A stretch of DNA of 64,000 nt. Origin: Sphyrna mokarran (lineage: Eukaryota). The first letter of the stretch is position 1. Each line of letters begins with the position of its first letter. The DNA lies in NCBI GenBank assembly GCA_024679065.1, contig JAGIQG010000040.1:682001-746000 (forward strand), written 5' to 3'. Of this stretch, positions 13,374-26,450 are shown one piece after another. The notes beneath the pieces are model-generated. The model was not told the DNA's origin and did not search any database. It saw only the letters and a list, made by a program, of their open reading frames with translations. The translations under genes and the position numbers were made by a program.

Positions 13374-14344
13374 CTGTAAAACAGACAGCAGAATAAGAAC
13401 CTTGGATGGACACTTAAGGATGGAGGTCTGTCCTTCATCTGAGAGATGAAACCTGCAGAATAGGTTTATGGTTGTGCTCAGAATGAGTGTGGATAACTCT
13501 GTTTTTCTGGTTCAGAACTGTTGTTTTGTGTTTACTAAGACTACACACAACCAACAGAACAGATAAACTGTCCTGTTTCTCAGAGGCGGGGATATAAAGA
13601 ACAGAGAATCTGCCCTTCACTTTTCCTCTTCATTTACAGGATATGGGTATTACTGCCTGGAACATCCCTAGTTGCCCTTGAGAAGGTGATGGTGAGCTGC
13701 CTCTTGAACCCACTGCAATCCCAGAGGTGTAATTACGTACGTTGTGCTGTTAGGGAAGAACTGCCAGGATTTGGACCCAGCGACAGAGAAGGAATGGCCA
13801 ATATGCTTCCAAGTCAGGATGGTGAGTGAATTAGAGTGGAACTTGCATGTGGTGGTGTTCCCATATATCTGCTGCCCTTGTCTTTCTAGGTGGTTAAGGG
13901 TCAAAGGTTTGAAAGATGCTGCCTAAGGAGTTTTTATGAGTGTCCGCAGTGCATCTTGTAGATGGTACACACAGCTGCCACTGTGCGTTGGTGATGGTGG
14001 AGTGAATGTTAGTGGATGTTGGTACCATTCATGGATGGTGTCGAGCTTCTTGAGTGTTGTTGGAGCTGCACTCATCCAGACATGTGGAGAGTATACCACC
14101 ATCTGACTTGTGGTTTGTAGATGGTGGTCACATTTTAGGAGCGGGGGGGTCAAGAAATGAATTCTCTCTGCAGGATTCCTAGCGTTTGATCTGCTTTTGG
14201 AGCTACAGTATTTATATGGCTGGGTCCAGTTCAGCTTCTGGTCAATGCTGAACCCCCCAGCATGTTAATACTGGGGGGTTCAGCGATGGATGCTAAACAA
14301 CAGGAAACTGACCTTTTGTGAGTGAGCTCGACATTAAAGAACAG

Positions 14345-16980
14345 GAACTTCAAGGATACGGACAGTAAAGGACAGGGAATCTGACCACATTCTGGGAGAT
14401 GGACACTACTGAGTGGCACGGTGGTTAGCACTGCTGCCTCACAGCACCAGGGACCCGGATTCGATTCCCAGTTAGGATCATTTCTGTGCAGAGTTTGCAT
14501 GTTCTCCCTATGTCTGCATGGGTTTCTTCTGGGTGCTTCGGTTTCCGAAAGGATAGGTGCATTGGCCATAAAAAACTCTCCGGCAATGTACCTGAACAGG
14601 TGCCAGAATGTGGCAACTGGGATTTTCAGAGTAACTTCATTGCATGTTAATGTAAGCCTTACTTTTGATACTGATGGTAAAACTTAAACTGGCTAGGGAA
14701 TCTGACTATTCTGGGACATGGACAGGAGAGGACAGGGAGTCCAACTTTATCCTGGGACCTAGACACTAAAGGACAGAGAACCTTATACTTTCCTGAAATA
14801 GGGACACTTACGAACAGGAGACCTGACCTTATTCTTGGATTTGGACATTAAAAGGCAGGAAATCTGATGTTGTTTCAGGAGATGGACACTAAAGGATAGG
14901 GAATCTGATCTTATATAGGGCAATGGACACTAAAGGATAGGGAATCTGATCTTATATAGGGCAATGGACACTAAACAATCATAACATCCTGAGAAAACAG
15001 AAGGAGGCCATTCAGCCCATCAAACTTGCTCCAACAAAAATCTCAGTCAAGCTCTATCTTGTATTCCCGTGTATTTACCCTACTAATCTATCTCTCACTA
15101 AAGGGCAATTTAGCACAGCCAGTCAACCTAACCCACAGATCTTTGAAATGTAGTAGCAAACTGGAGCACCCGGAGGAAAAACCAGGCAGACACGGGGAGA
15201 ATGTGCAAACTCCACAGAGACAGTTATCTGAGACCGGACTTGAACCTGGGTCCCTGGTGCTGTGAGGCAGCCGTGTTAACTAATGTGTAACTCTGCTGCC
15301 CGGAGTGAATGGGAATCTGATTTTATTCTGAGACATGAACGCTAAAGGACTGGGAATCTGACCTTAATCTGGGATTAAACTATATTGAATCTGATGTTTA
15401 TCAAGGATATGGACACAGAAGGATCAGGAATCTGATCTTATTCTGGACATAGACACTAAAGGACACAGAATCTTTCCTTAATCTGGGACATGGAACTAAA
15501 GGACAGGAAATCTGAGCTTACCCTGGGGCATGGACACTAAAGTACTGGGAATCTGTCCTTATTTCTGGGATATGGACACAAAAGGACAGAGAATCTGACA
15601 TTATTTCTGGGACATGGATACTGAAGGACAGGGAATCTGAGCTTATTCTATGATGTGGACACTAAAGGACTGGGAATCCGTCCTTATTCTGGGATATGGA
15701 GACTAAAAAAGCGGAATCAGACCTCACTGTGAGACATGTATAAAAGCAGGGAGGATTTGCTGCAACTGTACAGGGCACTGGTGAGGCCGCAGATGGAGTA
15801 CTGTGTGCAGTTTTGGTCGCCGCATTTGCGGAAGGATATATTGGCCTTGGAGGGGGTGCAGAGAAGGTTCACTGGGCTGATCCCGGAGATGAGGTGGGGT
15901 TAGTTTATGAAGGGAGATTGAATAGGCCGGGTCTGTGCTCGTGAGAGTTTAGAATGCTGAGGTGGGGGGGGGGATCTTATCGAGACGTATAAGATAGTGA
16001 AAGGGCTAAATAGAGAGATTCTTCCCGCTTAGAAAAGATAGCAGGACTAGAGGGCCCAAAATAAGGGAGGAGGGACACAGTTGAGGAGGAACTTCTTCAC
16101 TCAAAGGGTGGTGAATCTCTGGAATTCTCTGCCCGTTGAAGTGGTGGAGGGTCCCTCACTGAATATATTTAAGTCATGGATAGATAAGTTTCTGATAGAC
16201 ACGGGAATTAAGGGTTATGGGGAGAAAGCGGGAAAGTGGAACTGATCCACTTCAGATCAGCCATGATCTTATTGAATGGCGGAGCAGGCTCGAAGGACTG
16301 GATAGCGCCTACTCCTGCTCCTATTTCTAATGTTCATATGTACAATAAACTGGGAATCTGATCTTATTTTGGGACATGTATACTAAAGGACTGGGAATTA
16401 GGCCTTATTCTGGGACATGCATACTGAAGGACAGGAAATCTGACTTTTCGCTGGGAGTTCTACACGGAAAAACATGAAAGGATAAGAAACCTGAGCTTAT
16501 TCTGGGACATGGACACTAAAGGATTGGGAATCTGACCTTATTCTAGTAAATGGACACTAAAGGACAGGGAATCTGATCTTATTCTGGGATATGGACATTA
16601 AAGGACAGGGAATCTGACCACATTCTTGGACATGGACCAAAATTTTGGAAAACCCATCTTATTCTGTGATGTGGACACTGAAGGATAGAGAATTATTCTG
16701 GGACATGGTCACTATAGAGCTGGGAATCAGACCTTATTCTGGGACACGTACACTAAAGGATAAGGAATCTGATCTTATTCTGGGACTTGGATACTGAAAG
16801 ATAAGGAATCTGACCTTATTCTAAGATATACACACTAATGAATGTGGAATCTGGCCTCATACTGGGGCATGGAGCAACATACTGGAAAACCCACCTTATT
16901 TTGGGATATGGACACTATAAGATGTGGAATCTGACCTTATTCTGGGAAACGGACAATGAAGGACAGGGAATCCGACCACT
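14345..16980. repeat. Degenerate ~41-bp tandem repeat in the TM1-TM2 intron, interrupted by two SINEs and a CR1 fragment
   Basis: Recurrent TTATTCTGGGACATGGACACTAAAGGACAGGGAATCTGACC-like units. Confidence 0.9.
15735..16340 (+). mobile_element. CR1 LINE 3' fragment
   Basis: LVRPQMEYCVQFWSP motif and tail; inserted in the 41-bp array. Confidence 0.85.
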
Positions 16981-17183
16981 CGGATGAATCAAAACCCCCG
17001 GATCAGGTGAAGTGAAAAGCTTAAGGTGCCAGTAGTTTGTTGCCAGTCAACTGTGGGTGTGTTTGTAACCTAACGGTTGGAATGAGAGAGCTGGATAATA
17101 AGATGTGAGGATCAATTGTAGATAAACACTGGCTTTATTGTGTGTGGTTGTTATCATTGAATTGAAAATTAAATTCTGGTCAC

Positions 17184-17326
17184 CTTGACGACAGTAACAA
17201 AGGTGCTGTAGAGGAAACTGAGAATAAACAGAATGGCAAAGGCAGCAACTGTCAGCGCGTTGTCATCTCCCTCCAAATCTCCCATTTCTTCCTTTCCTTC
17301 CTCTCCTGTCACCTCTGGAGGTTTCG
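17184..17326 (-). CDS. IgW: IgW transmembrane exon TM1 (x-KPPEVTGEEGKEEMGDLEGDDNALTVAAFAILFILSFLYSTFVTVVK)
   Basis: Acceptor tctctttgtttcAG, phase 1; acidic membrane-proximal spacer; antigen-receptor TM motif F..LF.LS..YST.VT..K; donor AAG|GTGACC. Confidence 0.95.
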
Positions 17327-19332
17327 CTGAAACAAAGAGAAATCGGAGCTGTTAAAATTCACATCAAGGTCCCCAACATCCCAACAGTTTGAAGATAACA
17401 CAGCAAAGGAGAAGACGACAGTGGAGCAGCAGGGGGGAGGGAAGTGATGGCCTAGTGGCATTATCGCTAGACTATTAAACCAGAAACTCAGCTAATAATC
17501 TGGAGACACGGGTTCGAATCCCACCACGGCAGCTGGTAGAATTTGAATTCAATAATAAAAATCTGGAATTAGGAGTCGATCAAAGATCATGAAACCATTG
17601 TCGATTGTTGTTTTAAAAAAAAAACCCACTGGGTTCACTAATGTCCTTTGGGGAAGGAAATCTGCCGTCCTTATCTGGTCTGGCCTACATGTGGCTCCAG
17701 AGCCACAGCAATGTGGTTGACTCTCAACTGCTCTCAGGTAACTAGGATGGGAAATAAATGGTGGCCCAGCCAGCAATGCCCACGTCTCACAAATGAATAA
17801 AGGAAAAGCACTGGGAGCATTGAATCATTACAAACTCTCTACTTCTCAACCCCTCTCTGATTCTGTCTCCCTCTTCCCTCTCGCACTGTCTTCCTTTTAT
17901 GTTTCACTGTCACTCTCACACTTTCCCTCTCTCTCTCTATCACACTTTTTGTCTCCAGTAACACCTATTGACCTGCAGGGAGCACTCTGAGATTATCCCC
18001 ACAACCAGGATGAAATTCCTTTCACTTCAAATATTTCTTTTTGATTTGCTGCCTCTATTTAATATTTCAGTCGACCCAATATTTTCTGAGGCAGCATTAG
18101 ATGAACTTGTGCAGTCACCAGATGTGACTGACCTTGTGTCACTGACCTTATCTGCTCAGTGACACAAGTTGCTGTGAGTGGTGATGTGAGAGAGTGAGGG
18201 ACCAAATGGATTCTGAAAGCCTGCAGTTCACGGATCACTGTGGTGGGGTTTGTAGATAACATTCCCAGCTCTGGTTCAGAAAATTGAGAGTTTGAGTTTC
18301 ACTCCAGAAACTAGAGTGCATCATTCAGGGGCACACTCCGATACAGGGCTGAGAAAGTGCTGCAGTGTCGGAGGTGCCATCTTTCGAATGAGACGTTAAG
18401 CAATGGCCCTCAGGCTGATGTTAATGTGTAAATGACCCACAACACTACTGGAAGAAGAGCAGGAAATTCCCTGCAGAGTTCTGAGTCAGACAACATCCAT
18501 CTTTCAACCAAAACCAGATGATCCGCTCATTCTCACAGTTCTCACTGTGGGAATTGACTGACAGCAAATTGAATCGGATAAACCAAGAAAGACCACAGCC
18601 AACCTGACATTAATATTTACAATGGTGATGGAGCTGTTTTAAAGTTTATGTATTATTGTCACAAGTAGGTTTATATTAACACTGCAATGAAGTTACTGTG
18701 AAAATCCCCTAGTTACCACACTCCTGCGCCTTTTAAGGTACACCTAGCCAGCGCGCCTTTTGGACTGTGGGAGGAAACTGGAACACTCAGACAAAACTCA
18801 CGCAGACGTGGTGAGAATGTGCAGACTCCACACAGACACGTGACCCAAGCTGGGGATTAAACCCAGGTCCCTGGCACTGTGGGGCAGCAGTACTAACCAC
18901 TGTGCCGCCCTGCTGTGGACTAATCATCGCAACTCTGCTGGTCACAAGCACATTACGCTCACCACATCTCATGTCCGAAGTTAGTGTGACATGGTGGCAC
19001 AGTGGTTAGGACTGCTATCTCACAGCGCAGGGGACTCGAGTTCGATTGCCAACTTGGGTTACTGTCTGCATATTCTCCCCGTGTCTGTGCAGGTTTCTTC
19101 CTATAGTCCAAAAAATATGCTGGTTAGGTGCATTGGCCATGCTAAATTCTCCCTCAGCGTACCCAAACAGGCACGGAGTGTGGCGACCAGGGGATTTTCA
19201 CAGTAACTTCATTGCAGCATTAATGTAAGCTTACTTGTGACATTAATAAGTAAACTTTAAGTTTGACTCATTTACTGTTTCTCAAAACACACCAACAATG
19301 AAGACTTGAAACTGAAACCTTTTGACATCATG

Positions 19333-19338
19333 TTTATT
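19333..19338 (-). terminator. Candidate poly(A) signal for the long secretory form
   Basis: AATAAA about 285 nt downstream of the CH6 stop. Confidence 0.6.
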
Positions 19339-19622
19339 AAAACTGGATCAGGACATTGTGCCGCGTACAATTAACCCTTTGTGCGATCTCACACTCAATC
19401 AAATATTGCAAAGGGAACTCAAGACTTTCAGACATTTGGAGAAAAGGACGTTTGGAGTCTGATTCAATCACCGAATAGTTTCTTTATCTCAACGATCGAG
19501 CAAAGCCGTTTTCTGTGACCTGTCACCAGAAGAGAGATGTTCTTGTGATCACACCAATCCTCTGGCTGTATTAACCATCGATTTATAAGGATTATATAAA
19601 TGGCTGATTGAATGGCCAGATG

Positions 19623-20005
19623 TTATGAGCAGGATTTAAAGCTCTCGGTCAGGACAAGTGACACATTGACCAGGGTGGGTTTGCCATGAGATTTATTAAT
19701 GCTCCTGAACAGGTTTGATGTGACTGACTCATGTCCCACCACACAGGAGTAAGTGGTGCCGCTGTCCCACTCGTCCGCAGAGACTGTCAGCTGACTGCTG
19801 GAGTTCCAGCCGCTGTGACCGTCCTCGCTCACCGGCTGGTTCACGAATCCCGATTTCAGGAGGGTGTCGTTGGCCATCCAGGCCAGGTAGATGTCTGCGG
19901 GGGAGAATCCGGTCACCAGGCACACCAAGGTCGCAGTCTGCTCCCTCTCCATCTCATCCGATGAAGGGGGAAGGAGGTAGATTTGAGGCTGAGTCTTAAC
20001 CTCAA
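19623..20005 (-). CDS. IgW: IgW terminal C exon (CH6-like) with secretory tailpiece (...YSCVVGHESVTSNLFRSINKSHGKPTLVNVSLVLTESFKSCS*)
   Basis: Acceptor tctctgtttgcAG; intact C1-set domain; IgM-type tailpiece with NVS sequon and penultimate Cys; TAA at 19623-19625. Confidence 0.96.
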
Positions 20006-20161
20006 CTGCAAACAGAGACAATATAGATTAGACTGAGTCTTTCTCTCTTGTATTTACCCAGTGACGCAAACCGGGTGAGGAAGACGGGGCGGCACGGTAA
20101 CACAGCGGGTTTCCATGCTGTAAATCTCTATGACTCTTTGACTAGTTCCATCCACACATAC

Positions 20162-20482
20162 CTTGGGCTTTCCTGATTGACCTCTTCTCCGGCGTGGGCA
20201 AACTTTTGTCCTCCACCCGACACAAATACTCGACCCCGCTCTCCCACTCTGCGGCGGGGACTGTCAGTCTGCTGAAGATCATGTCTCTGTCTCCATTCCT
20301 CTTGGGATTCTGAGTCTTCACTCCATCTTTTCTCTCAATTCCATCCACCAGCCAGGTCACCCTGGCTCCCTCCAAATCACCGTGAAGTATCTCACAAAGA
20401 AGAGTGGCTGTCCTGTTCCTCCAGATCTCTTCGAAAGGAGGCTTCCTTAAGGTGACTGAGATCCCAGTGTCCAAACAGTGAT
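20162..20482 (-). CDS. IgW: IgW penultimate C exon (CH5-like; x-HCLDTGISVTLRKPPFEEIWRNRTATLLC...YLCRVEDKSLPTPEKRSIRKAQ)
   Basis: 321-nt phase 1-1 exon; acceptor ttctcacccAG; donor G|GTATGT; intact C1-set domain. Confidence 0.95.
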
Positions 20483-20929
20483 CTGGGTGAGAAATGACAA
20501 TGATTATTTCATGATTCCCCAGTGGGACGAGGACGTGGCTTTGCAAGGCTGGTGATTCAGGCCCATCGTCACAGTTACAACAGTGGCTCACAGGGATCTT
20601 TCACAGGGTTTGTGCCTGGAGCCACATCTGAGGCAGACAGGGTCAGGACAGTCGGCATGGAAGCACAGTGCTGCCTCATAGCGTTAGGGACCCGGGTTCA
20701 AATCTGGACTCTGTCTGTGTGGGTGTCTGCACGTTCTCCTTGTACCTGCGATGGTTTCCTCTGGGTGCATCGGTTTTTTCCCATGGTCCAAAGATGTGCA
20801 GGCTAGGTGGATTGGCCGTGCTAAATTGACCTTAGTGTTAGGAGGATCAGCTGGGTAAATAAGTGGGTTACAGGGATAGGGTCTGGGCAGGATTGTGGTT
20901 GGTATAGAGTCAATGGGCTGAATGGCCTC

Positions 20930-21467
20930 AAGGATCAAAAAAGCAATTACAGCACAGGAACAGGCTCTATAGCCCTTCAAGCCTGCACCGACCATGCTAC
21001 CCAACTGAACTAAAACCCCCATCCTTTCCGGGGACCATATCCCTCCATTTCCATCCTATTCATGTATTTGTCAAGATGCCCCTTCAAAGTCACGATCGTA
21101 TCCGCTTCCACTACCTCCCCCCGCAATGAGTTCCAGGCACCCACCATCCTCTGTGTAAAAAATGTGCCTTGTACATCTCTGTTAAACCTGTGCCCGCTAG
21201 TAATTGACACTTCCACCCTGGGAAAAAACTGACTATCAGTCTGACTATCCATTCTGTCGATGCTTCTCAGATTCTTGTAGATTTCTATCAGGTCTTCCCT
21301 CAACCTCCGTTGTTCCAGTGAGAACAAACCAAGTTTCTCCAACCTCTTTTCATTGCTAATGCCCTCCATACTAGGCAACATCCTGGTAAATCTTTTCTGT
21401 ACCCTCTCCAAAGCCTCCACATCCTTCTGGTAGTGTGGCGACCAGAATTGAACAATATATTGCAAGT
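20930..21467 (-). mobile_element. CR1 LINE 3' fragment nested in a V-SINE tail
   Basis: ORF 21010-21465; the SINE tail GCCTC... resumes at about 21468. Confidence 0.85.
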
Positions 21468-24104
21468 GCCTCCTTCTGTGCTGTAGGGATTCTAACCAAT
21501 AATCCTTCCTGAAAGGAACATCAACAAACCAGTTGGGATTTTAACAAGTGAACAGCTTCTGGATTACTGATGCCAGCGTTTAATTTCCAATTCTTACTTT
21601 CAAAGTAAGAATTTGAGAATTCAAATTCTCAAGCTGTCTTGGATTTGAACTCAGTTCTCTGGATCATTAATTGGCCGTATCAGCCTTGCCTCATTAGCCG
21701 GGCTGCCTCCTCTATATTACTGCATGTTCAAGTCCCATGACAGATACTTGACTTCATGAGCAAGAATGGCCAAGCAGTACTAAGGGAACTCTGTTTGCAG
21801 TGCCATCTTTCAGAAAGAGACCTGAAACCAAGGTCCCTTCTCAGGCTGAAGAAACAGATCCTATTGTCAGGGTTTTAAAAAAGGGGAAGTAGTCAATATT
21901 TAGCAGATTATCTGATCACCATATTGGCATGTCAGCTCCAACTCTCGCCAACTTTTACAGGTGCACCATAAAAAGCATTCTTTCTGGTTTAATCACAGCT
22001 TGGTATGGCTTCTGCTCAAGACCACATGGAATTACAAAAGGGTTGAGAGTCTGGCCCAATCCATCACGCAAACCAGCCTCTCATCCGTTGACTTTGTCTA
22101 CACTTCCCACTGCCTCGGCAAAGCAGCCGGGATAATTAAGGACCACGTACTTAAGAACCTGGATCACCTCAGGCTTAGAATTCTTATCCTCATGTTCCAT
22201 TGGCTTCACCTCTCCTGATCTCTGTAATCTTCTCCATTCCTACAGCCATCCAGAAACTCTGTGTAACTCTAGTCTCTGGTACATCCTTCGCTTCCTTTCC
22301 CCCCAGCATCGGTGCACGTGCCTTCAACCATCGGGGCCCTAATCTCCGCAACTTACTGCCCAAACCTCACTGACTTATCACCTCTCTCCCCTCGTTTGAG
22401 ATTCTTTTTAAAGCCTCTCCCTCTTCGGCCAAGCTTTCGGTATATCACAATATCTTCTCCTCCTGGCTCAGTGTCAGCTCCCCTTTGGTTTTGATCCTGT
22501 CAGACCCTTTGGAACGGGTTGCTGCATTGACGGTGCTATATCAATGCACATTGCCATTGATGGTAATTCCTTGTGAAAGAAGATGGTTGGTTTGCATTGG
22601 GAGAACAACCCCCAGGAATCAGAGAAAGTAACACAAGTTCCCTCTTCCTGCAGGTTGGGATTAATTCTCCATAACATGTACTTTCCATGGTTTCCTTCAG
22701 AGTTACTGGCCTGGGAAAATAACACTTGAATTGTTCCCATTTTCTGTTTTATATTCACCTTTCAATTCATTTCTGGGACATGGGCATCGCTGGCTGGCCA
22801 GCATTTATTACCCACCCCTAGTTGTCCTTGGGCAGTTGAAAGTCAACCACATTGCTGTGGCTCTGGAGTCACATGTAGGTCAGGCCAGACCAGGTAACCA
22901 AGGCAGATTTCCTTCCCTAAAGAACATCAGTGAACCAGATAGGTTTTTCCGACAATCGACATTGGTTTCGTGGTCATTAGTAGATCTTAATTCCAAATAC
23001 TTCTTATTGAATTGAAATTCACCATCTGGAGTGGCAGGATTTGAACCCTGGTCCCCAGAACATGAGCTGAGTTTCTGGATTAATAGTTGAGCAATAATAC
23101 CATGAGGCTATCGTCTCCCCTCGAGGACATTTGCATTTCAGATACCCAGCAGTTTACTGCGTGTGCTGTACAAAGAACAAAGAGCAGAACAGCACATTGA
23201 ACGGGCCCTTCGGCCCTCCAAGCCTGTGCTGATCATGATGCCTGCCTAAACTAAAACCGTGTGCAGGTACAGAGTTTGTATCCTTCCATTCCCATTCTAT
23301 TCATGTATTCATCCATTGCCCATTACCTCCCTGGTGCCTGCTCTCATTACCCCCCCGGTCAGCACATTCCAGACATTCACCATCCTCTGTGTAAAAAAAC
23401 TTGTCTCGCAAGCTCCTCTAAACTTTTCTCTACGCACCTTAAACCGATGTACCGTCGTACTTGTCTTTCCTACCTTAAGGGAAGAGCATCTGACTATCCA
23501 CTCTGTCCGTGCCATTCATAATCTTGTAAACCTCTATCAGGTCACCACCCCTCAACCTCCGTCGTTCCAGTGAGAACAAACCAAGTTTCTCCAACCTTTC
23601 CAGAGCAGGCAACATCCTGGTAAACTCTTCCATATCCTCTCCAAAGCCTCCACATCCTACACTATTAAAAAAACATTTCTTCTATGAATCACAGGTTCTG
23701 TGATCCACGCTGGTCTCTCTTGATGTAATATTAACGGTCGCAGAGAGACAGAATGACAATATCTGTGTCTGGATAGAAATCTCTCTTGTACACCAGCCAT
23801 CGCCCCTTGCGGCTGCAGTTTCAGCTCATGGTCAGCACACAGTGTCTGTCTGACAGGACTGGGTCTTTTATTAGGTTGAGACGTTCCATTCTCTCTCTCT
23901 TGTCTTTGAAACAAAACGTTCACCAATTTCCTTCCACTTTGGGATCGCTGATTCTGTTCATCACTCAGTCGAAGTCCATTTTCCGAATTTGTCAGGGAAC
24001 CTAACAGGGTTGGTGAAAAGTCCCCTTAACCTTGTAAAATAATTATATTATTAGACACTAGGCATTTAATTTCATTTTCCCACTGTGAGGAAATTGAAAA
24101 AAAC

Positions 24105-24690
24105 AGTTGAGAGGGCTAGAATATAAGAGTAAGGATGGACTTCTGAGGCTGTATCAGACTCTGGTCAGACCCCATCTGGAGTATTGTGAGCAGTTTGGGT
24201 TCCTGTATCTAAGCAGAGATATGTTGGCCTTGGAAAAGGCCCAGAGGAAGTTCACAAGAATGATCCCTTGTCATAAGAAGAACAGTTGAGGACTCTGGAT
24301 CTGTACTCGTTGGAGTTTAAAAGGATGAAGGGGGAATCTTATTGAAACGTACAGGGTACTGCGAGGCTTGAATAGAGTGGATGTCGAGAGGATGTTTCCA
24401 GTAGTAGGGAAAACTAGAACCAGAGGGCACAACCTCAGGCTAAAGGGACAATCCTTTAAAACAGAGATGAAGAGGAATTTCTTCAAACAGCGTGGTTAAT
24501 CTTTGGAAATCTTTGCTGCAGAAGGTGTGGAGACTAGGTTATTGAGTGTCTTTAAGACAGAGATAGATAGATTCTTGATTAAACGGGGATCATGGGTTAT
24601 GGGGAAAAGGCAGGAGAATGGGGATGAGAAAATTAATGGGGGAAGCAGACTCGATGGGCCGAGTAGCCTAATTTTGCTCTTATGGTCTTC
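24105..24690 (+). mobile_element. CR1 LINE 3' fragment; similar copies at 30180-30810(-) and 53125-53525
   Basis: LVRPHLEYCEQF motif and tail. Confidence 0.85.
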
Positions 24691-25069
24691 CCCAACTTGG
24701 ATTCCTGTGAAGATTGAGTTTCTGTCATTGACAGATATTAGTATCCAGGATTGTGGAGTGAAGGGAACTGTTTCCATTTCTGCAACCCAGAATTTAATCA
24801 AAAACTGCAGATTGAGCAGGGCACCAGGTAAATCCTTGTGTCCTGAATCACTGATTTGCCTCACAGCCAACACCATTGGAGGAGCCAATCACACCATTCT
24901 GCTGGATCAACAAGGCCCAACTCACCAGCCCCCAACCTCACCATTTCTCTGAGTGACAAACATGCTTCTAATTCTTGACAGACTTTGAGAGACCAATGGT
25001 CAGGCGGTGGGGTCAGGTTCCTATTCAATCTGACCTGGAGCATTTCACAAGAAAATGACCATTTAGATT

Positions 25070-25930
25070 AGAAACATAGAAGATAGGAGCAGGACGAGGC
25101 CATTCAGCCCTTCAAGCCTGCTCCGCAATTCATCACCATCATGGCTGAATTGTCCAACTCAATTCTGCTTTCTCCCAGAATCTTTGATCCTGTTCGTCCC
25201 AAGTGCTACATCCAGCCACCTCTTGAATACATTCAATGGTTTGACATCAACTGCTTCCTGTGGTAAGGAATTCCACAGGCTCACCACTGTTTGGGTGAAA
25301 AGATGTCTCCTCAACTCCGTTCTAAATGGTCTACCCCCAATCCTCAGATTGTGACCCTGGTTCTGGACACCAACCATCGGGAACATCCTCCCTGCATCTA
25401 CTCTGTCTAGTCCTGTTAGAATTTGCTAAGTCTCTATGAGATCCCCCTCCTCATTCATCTGAATTCCAGTGAAAACAATTCTAACCTAGTCAATCTCTCA
25501 TACATCTGTCCCACCATCCCTGGAATCAGCCTGGTAAACCTAAACTCCCTGGAGAGCAAGAACATCCTTCCTCAGAAAAGGAGACCAAAACTGCACACAA
25601 TACTCTAAGTGTGGCCCTCACCAAGGCTCTGCATAATCACAACATCAATTCCTGTTTCTGTACTCAAAGCATCTTGCAATGAAGGCCAACATACCATTTG
25701 CCTTCTTTACCGCTTACTACACCTGCATGCTCACCTTCAGTGACTGGTGCACCCAGTTCCCGCTGCACATTCCCCTCTCCCAATTTACAGCCGTTCAGGT
25801 AATAATCTGCCTTCTTGTTTTTGCTTCCAAAGTGAATAACCTCACACTTATCCAAATTACACTGCATCTGCCACTGATTAGCCCTCTCACCCAACCTGTC
25901 CAATCATGCTGAAGGATTCTACATCCTTCT
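25070..25930 (-). mobile_element. CR1 LINE 3' fragment
   Basis: WQMQCNLDKCEVIHFG and HLFTQTVVSLWNSLP motifs. Confidence 0.85.
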
Positions 25931-26095
25931 CACAGTTCAGGAGTGGGTTGGGTGGGGGAGAACCCAAACTATGGCAGTTGCTTGTTGCATTGTTGAACAC
26001 TTTCATCCTGACAGACACCACAGGCTGGATCTGAACCTCCTGGATGGTTCTTAATAACATCTAACAGCCAATTCCAATCACAATCAATCAGTCAA

Positions 26096-26235
26096 TCACT
26101 TTATTGAACAAGTTTGAGAATGACAGTTAAAATGAAACTCTTCACCATTTTCCATGGTCACGCTGAGGTTGTTCTTGTGGACAATCTTCGGCACACAATT
26201 AGCACAAGTGCAAGGAGGACAAGTAGGCTTTTCAC
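26096..26235 (-). CDS. IgW: Cysteine-rich IgW short-form secretory tail exon (x-EKPTCPPCTCANCVPKIVHKNNLSVTMENGEEFHFNCHSQTCSIK*)
   Basis: Acceptor ctcttccaattccAG, phase 1, open to TGA; 6 Cys and an NLS sequon; pattern matches the recalled elasmobranch IgW-short tail (CP.C..C.PK...NL.V....G....C....C.IK). Confidence 0.88.
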
Positions 26236-26398
26236 CTGGAATTGGAAGAGTTACAGATTAAGCCTTATACATTTTCACACCCCCTCCCGTTGTGCCGGGA
26301 AAGTGGGAGAACCACACAGCCCCGGAACTCAGCTCAGTCCTGCCTTTTTCAGGATCCGAAAGGGACAGGATCATGTTGATATTGAAAAGCCCACTTAC

Positions 26399-26450
26399 CA
26401 TGTCCAGAACAGTCAGACGAAATCGATCTGACAATGGTGGGAGGGGTGCG
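26399..26450 (-). pseudogene. 3' stub of another C-domain exon (RTPPTIVRSISSDCSGH)
   Basis: G-strand-like IVRSIS (compare EKRSIRK and LFRSINK in the two terminal C exons); strong phase-1 donor G|GTAAGT 163 nt upstream of the tail exon; 5' side abuts a retroposon 3' tail. Confidence 0.6.

Noticed and set aside
14345-16980. Tandem repeat as an isotype-switch region
   Set aside because: It lies in the TM1-TM2 intron, downstream of all C exons, and is not AGCT-dense.
20483-20591. N-terminal extension of ORF 20142-20591
   Set aside because: Intronic read-through upstream of the true acceptor at 20484-20483.
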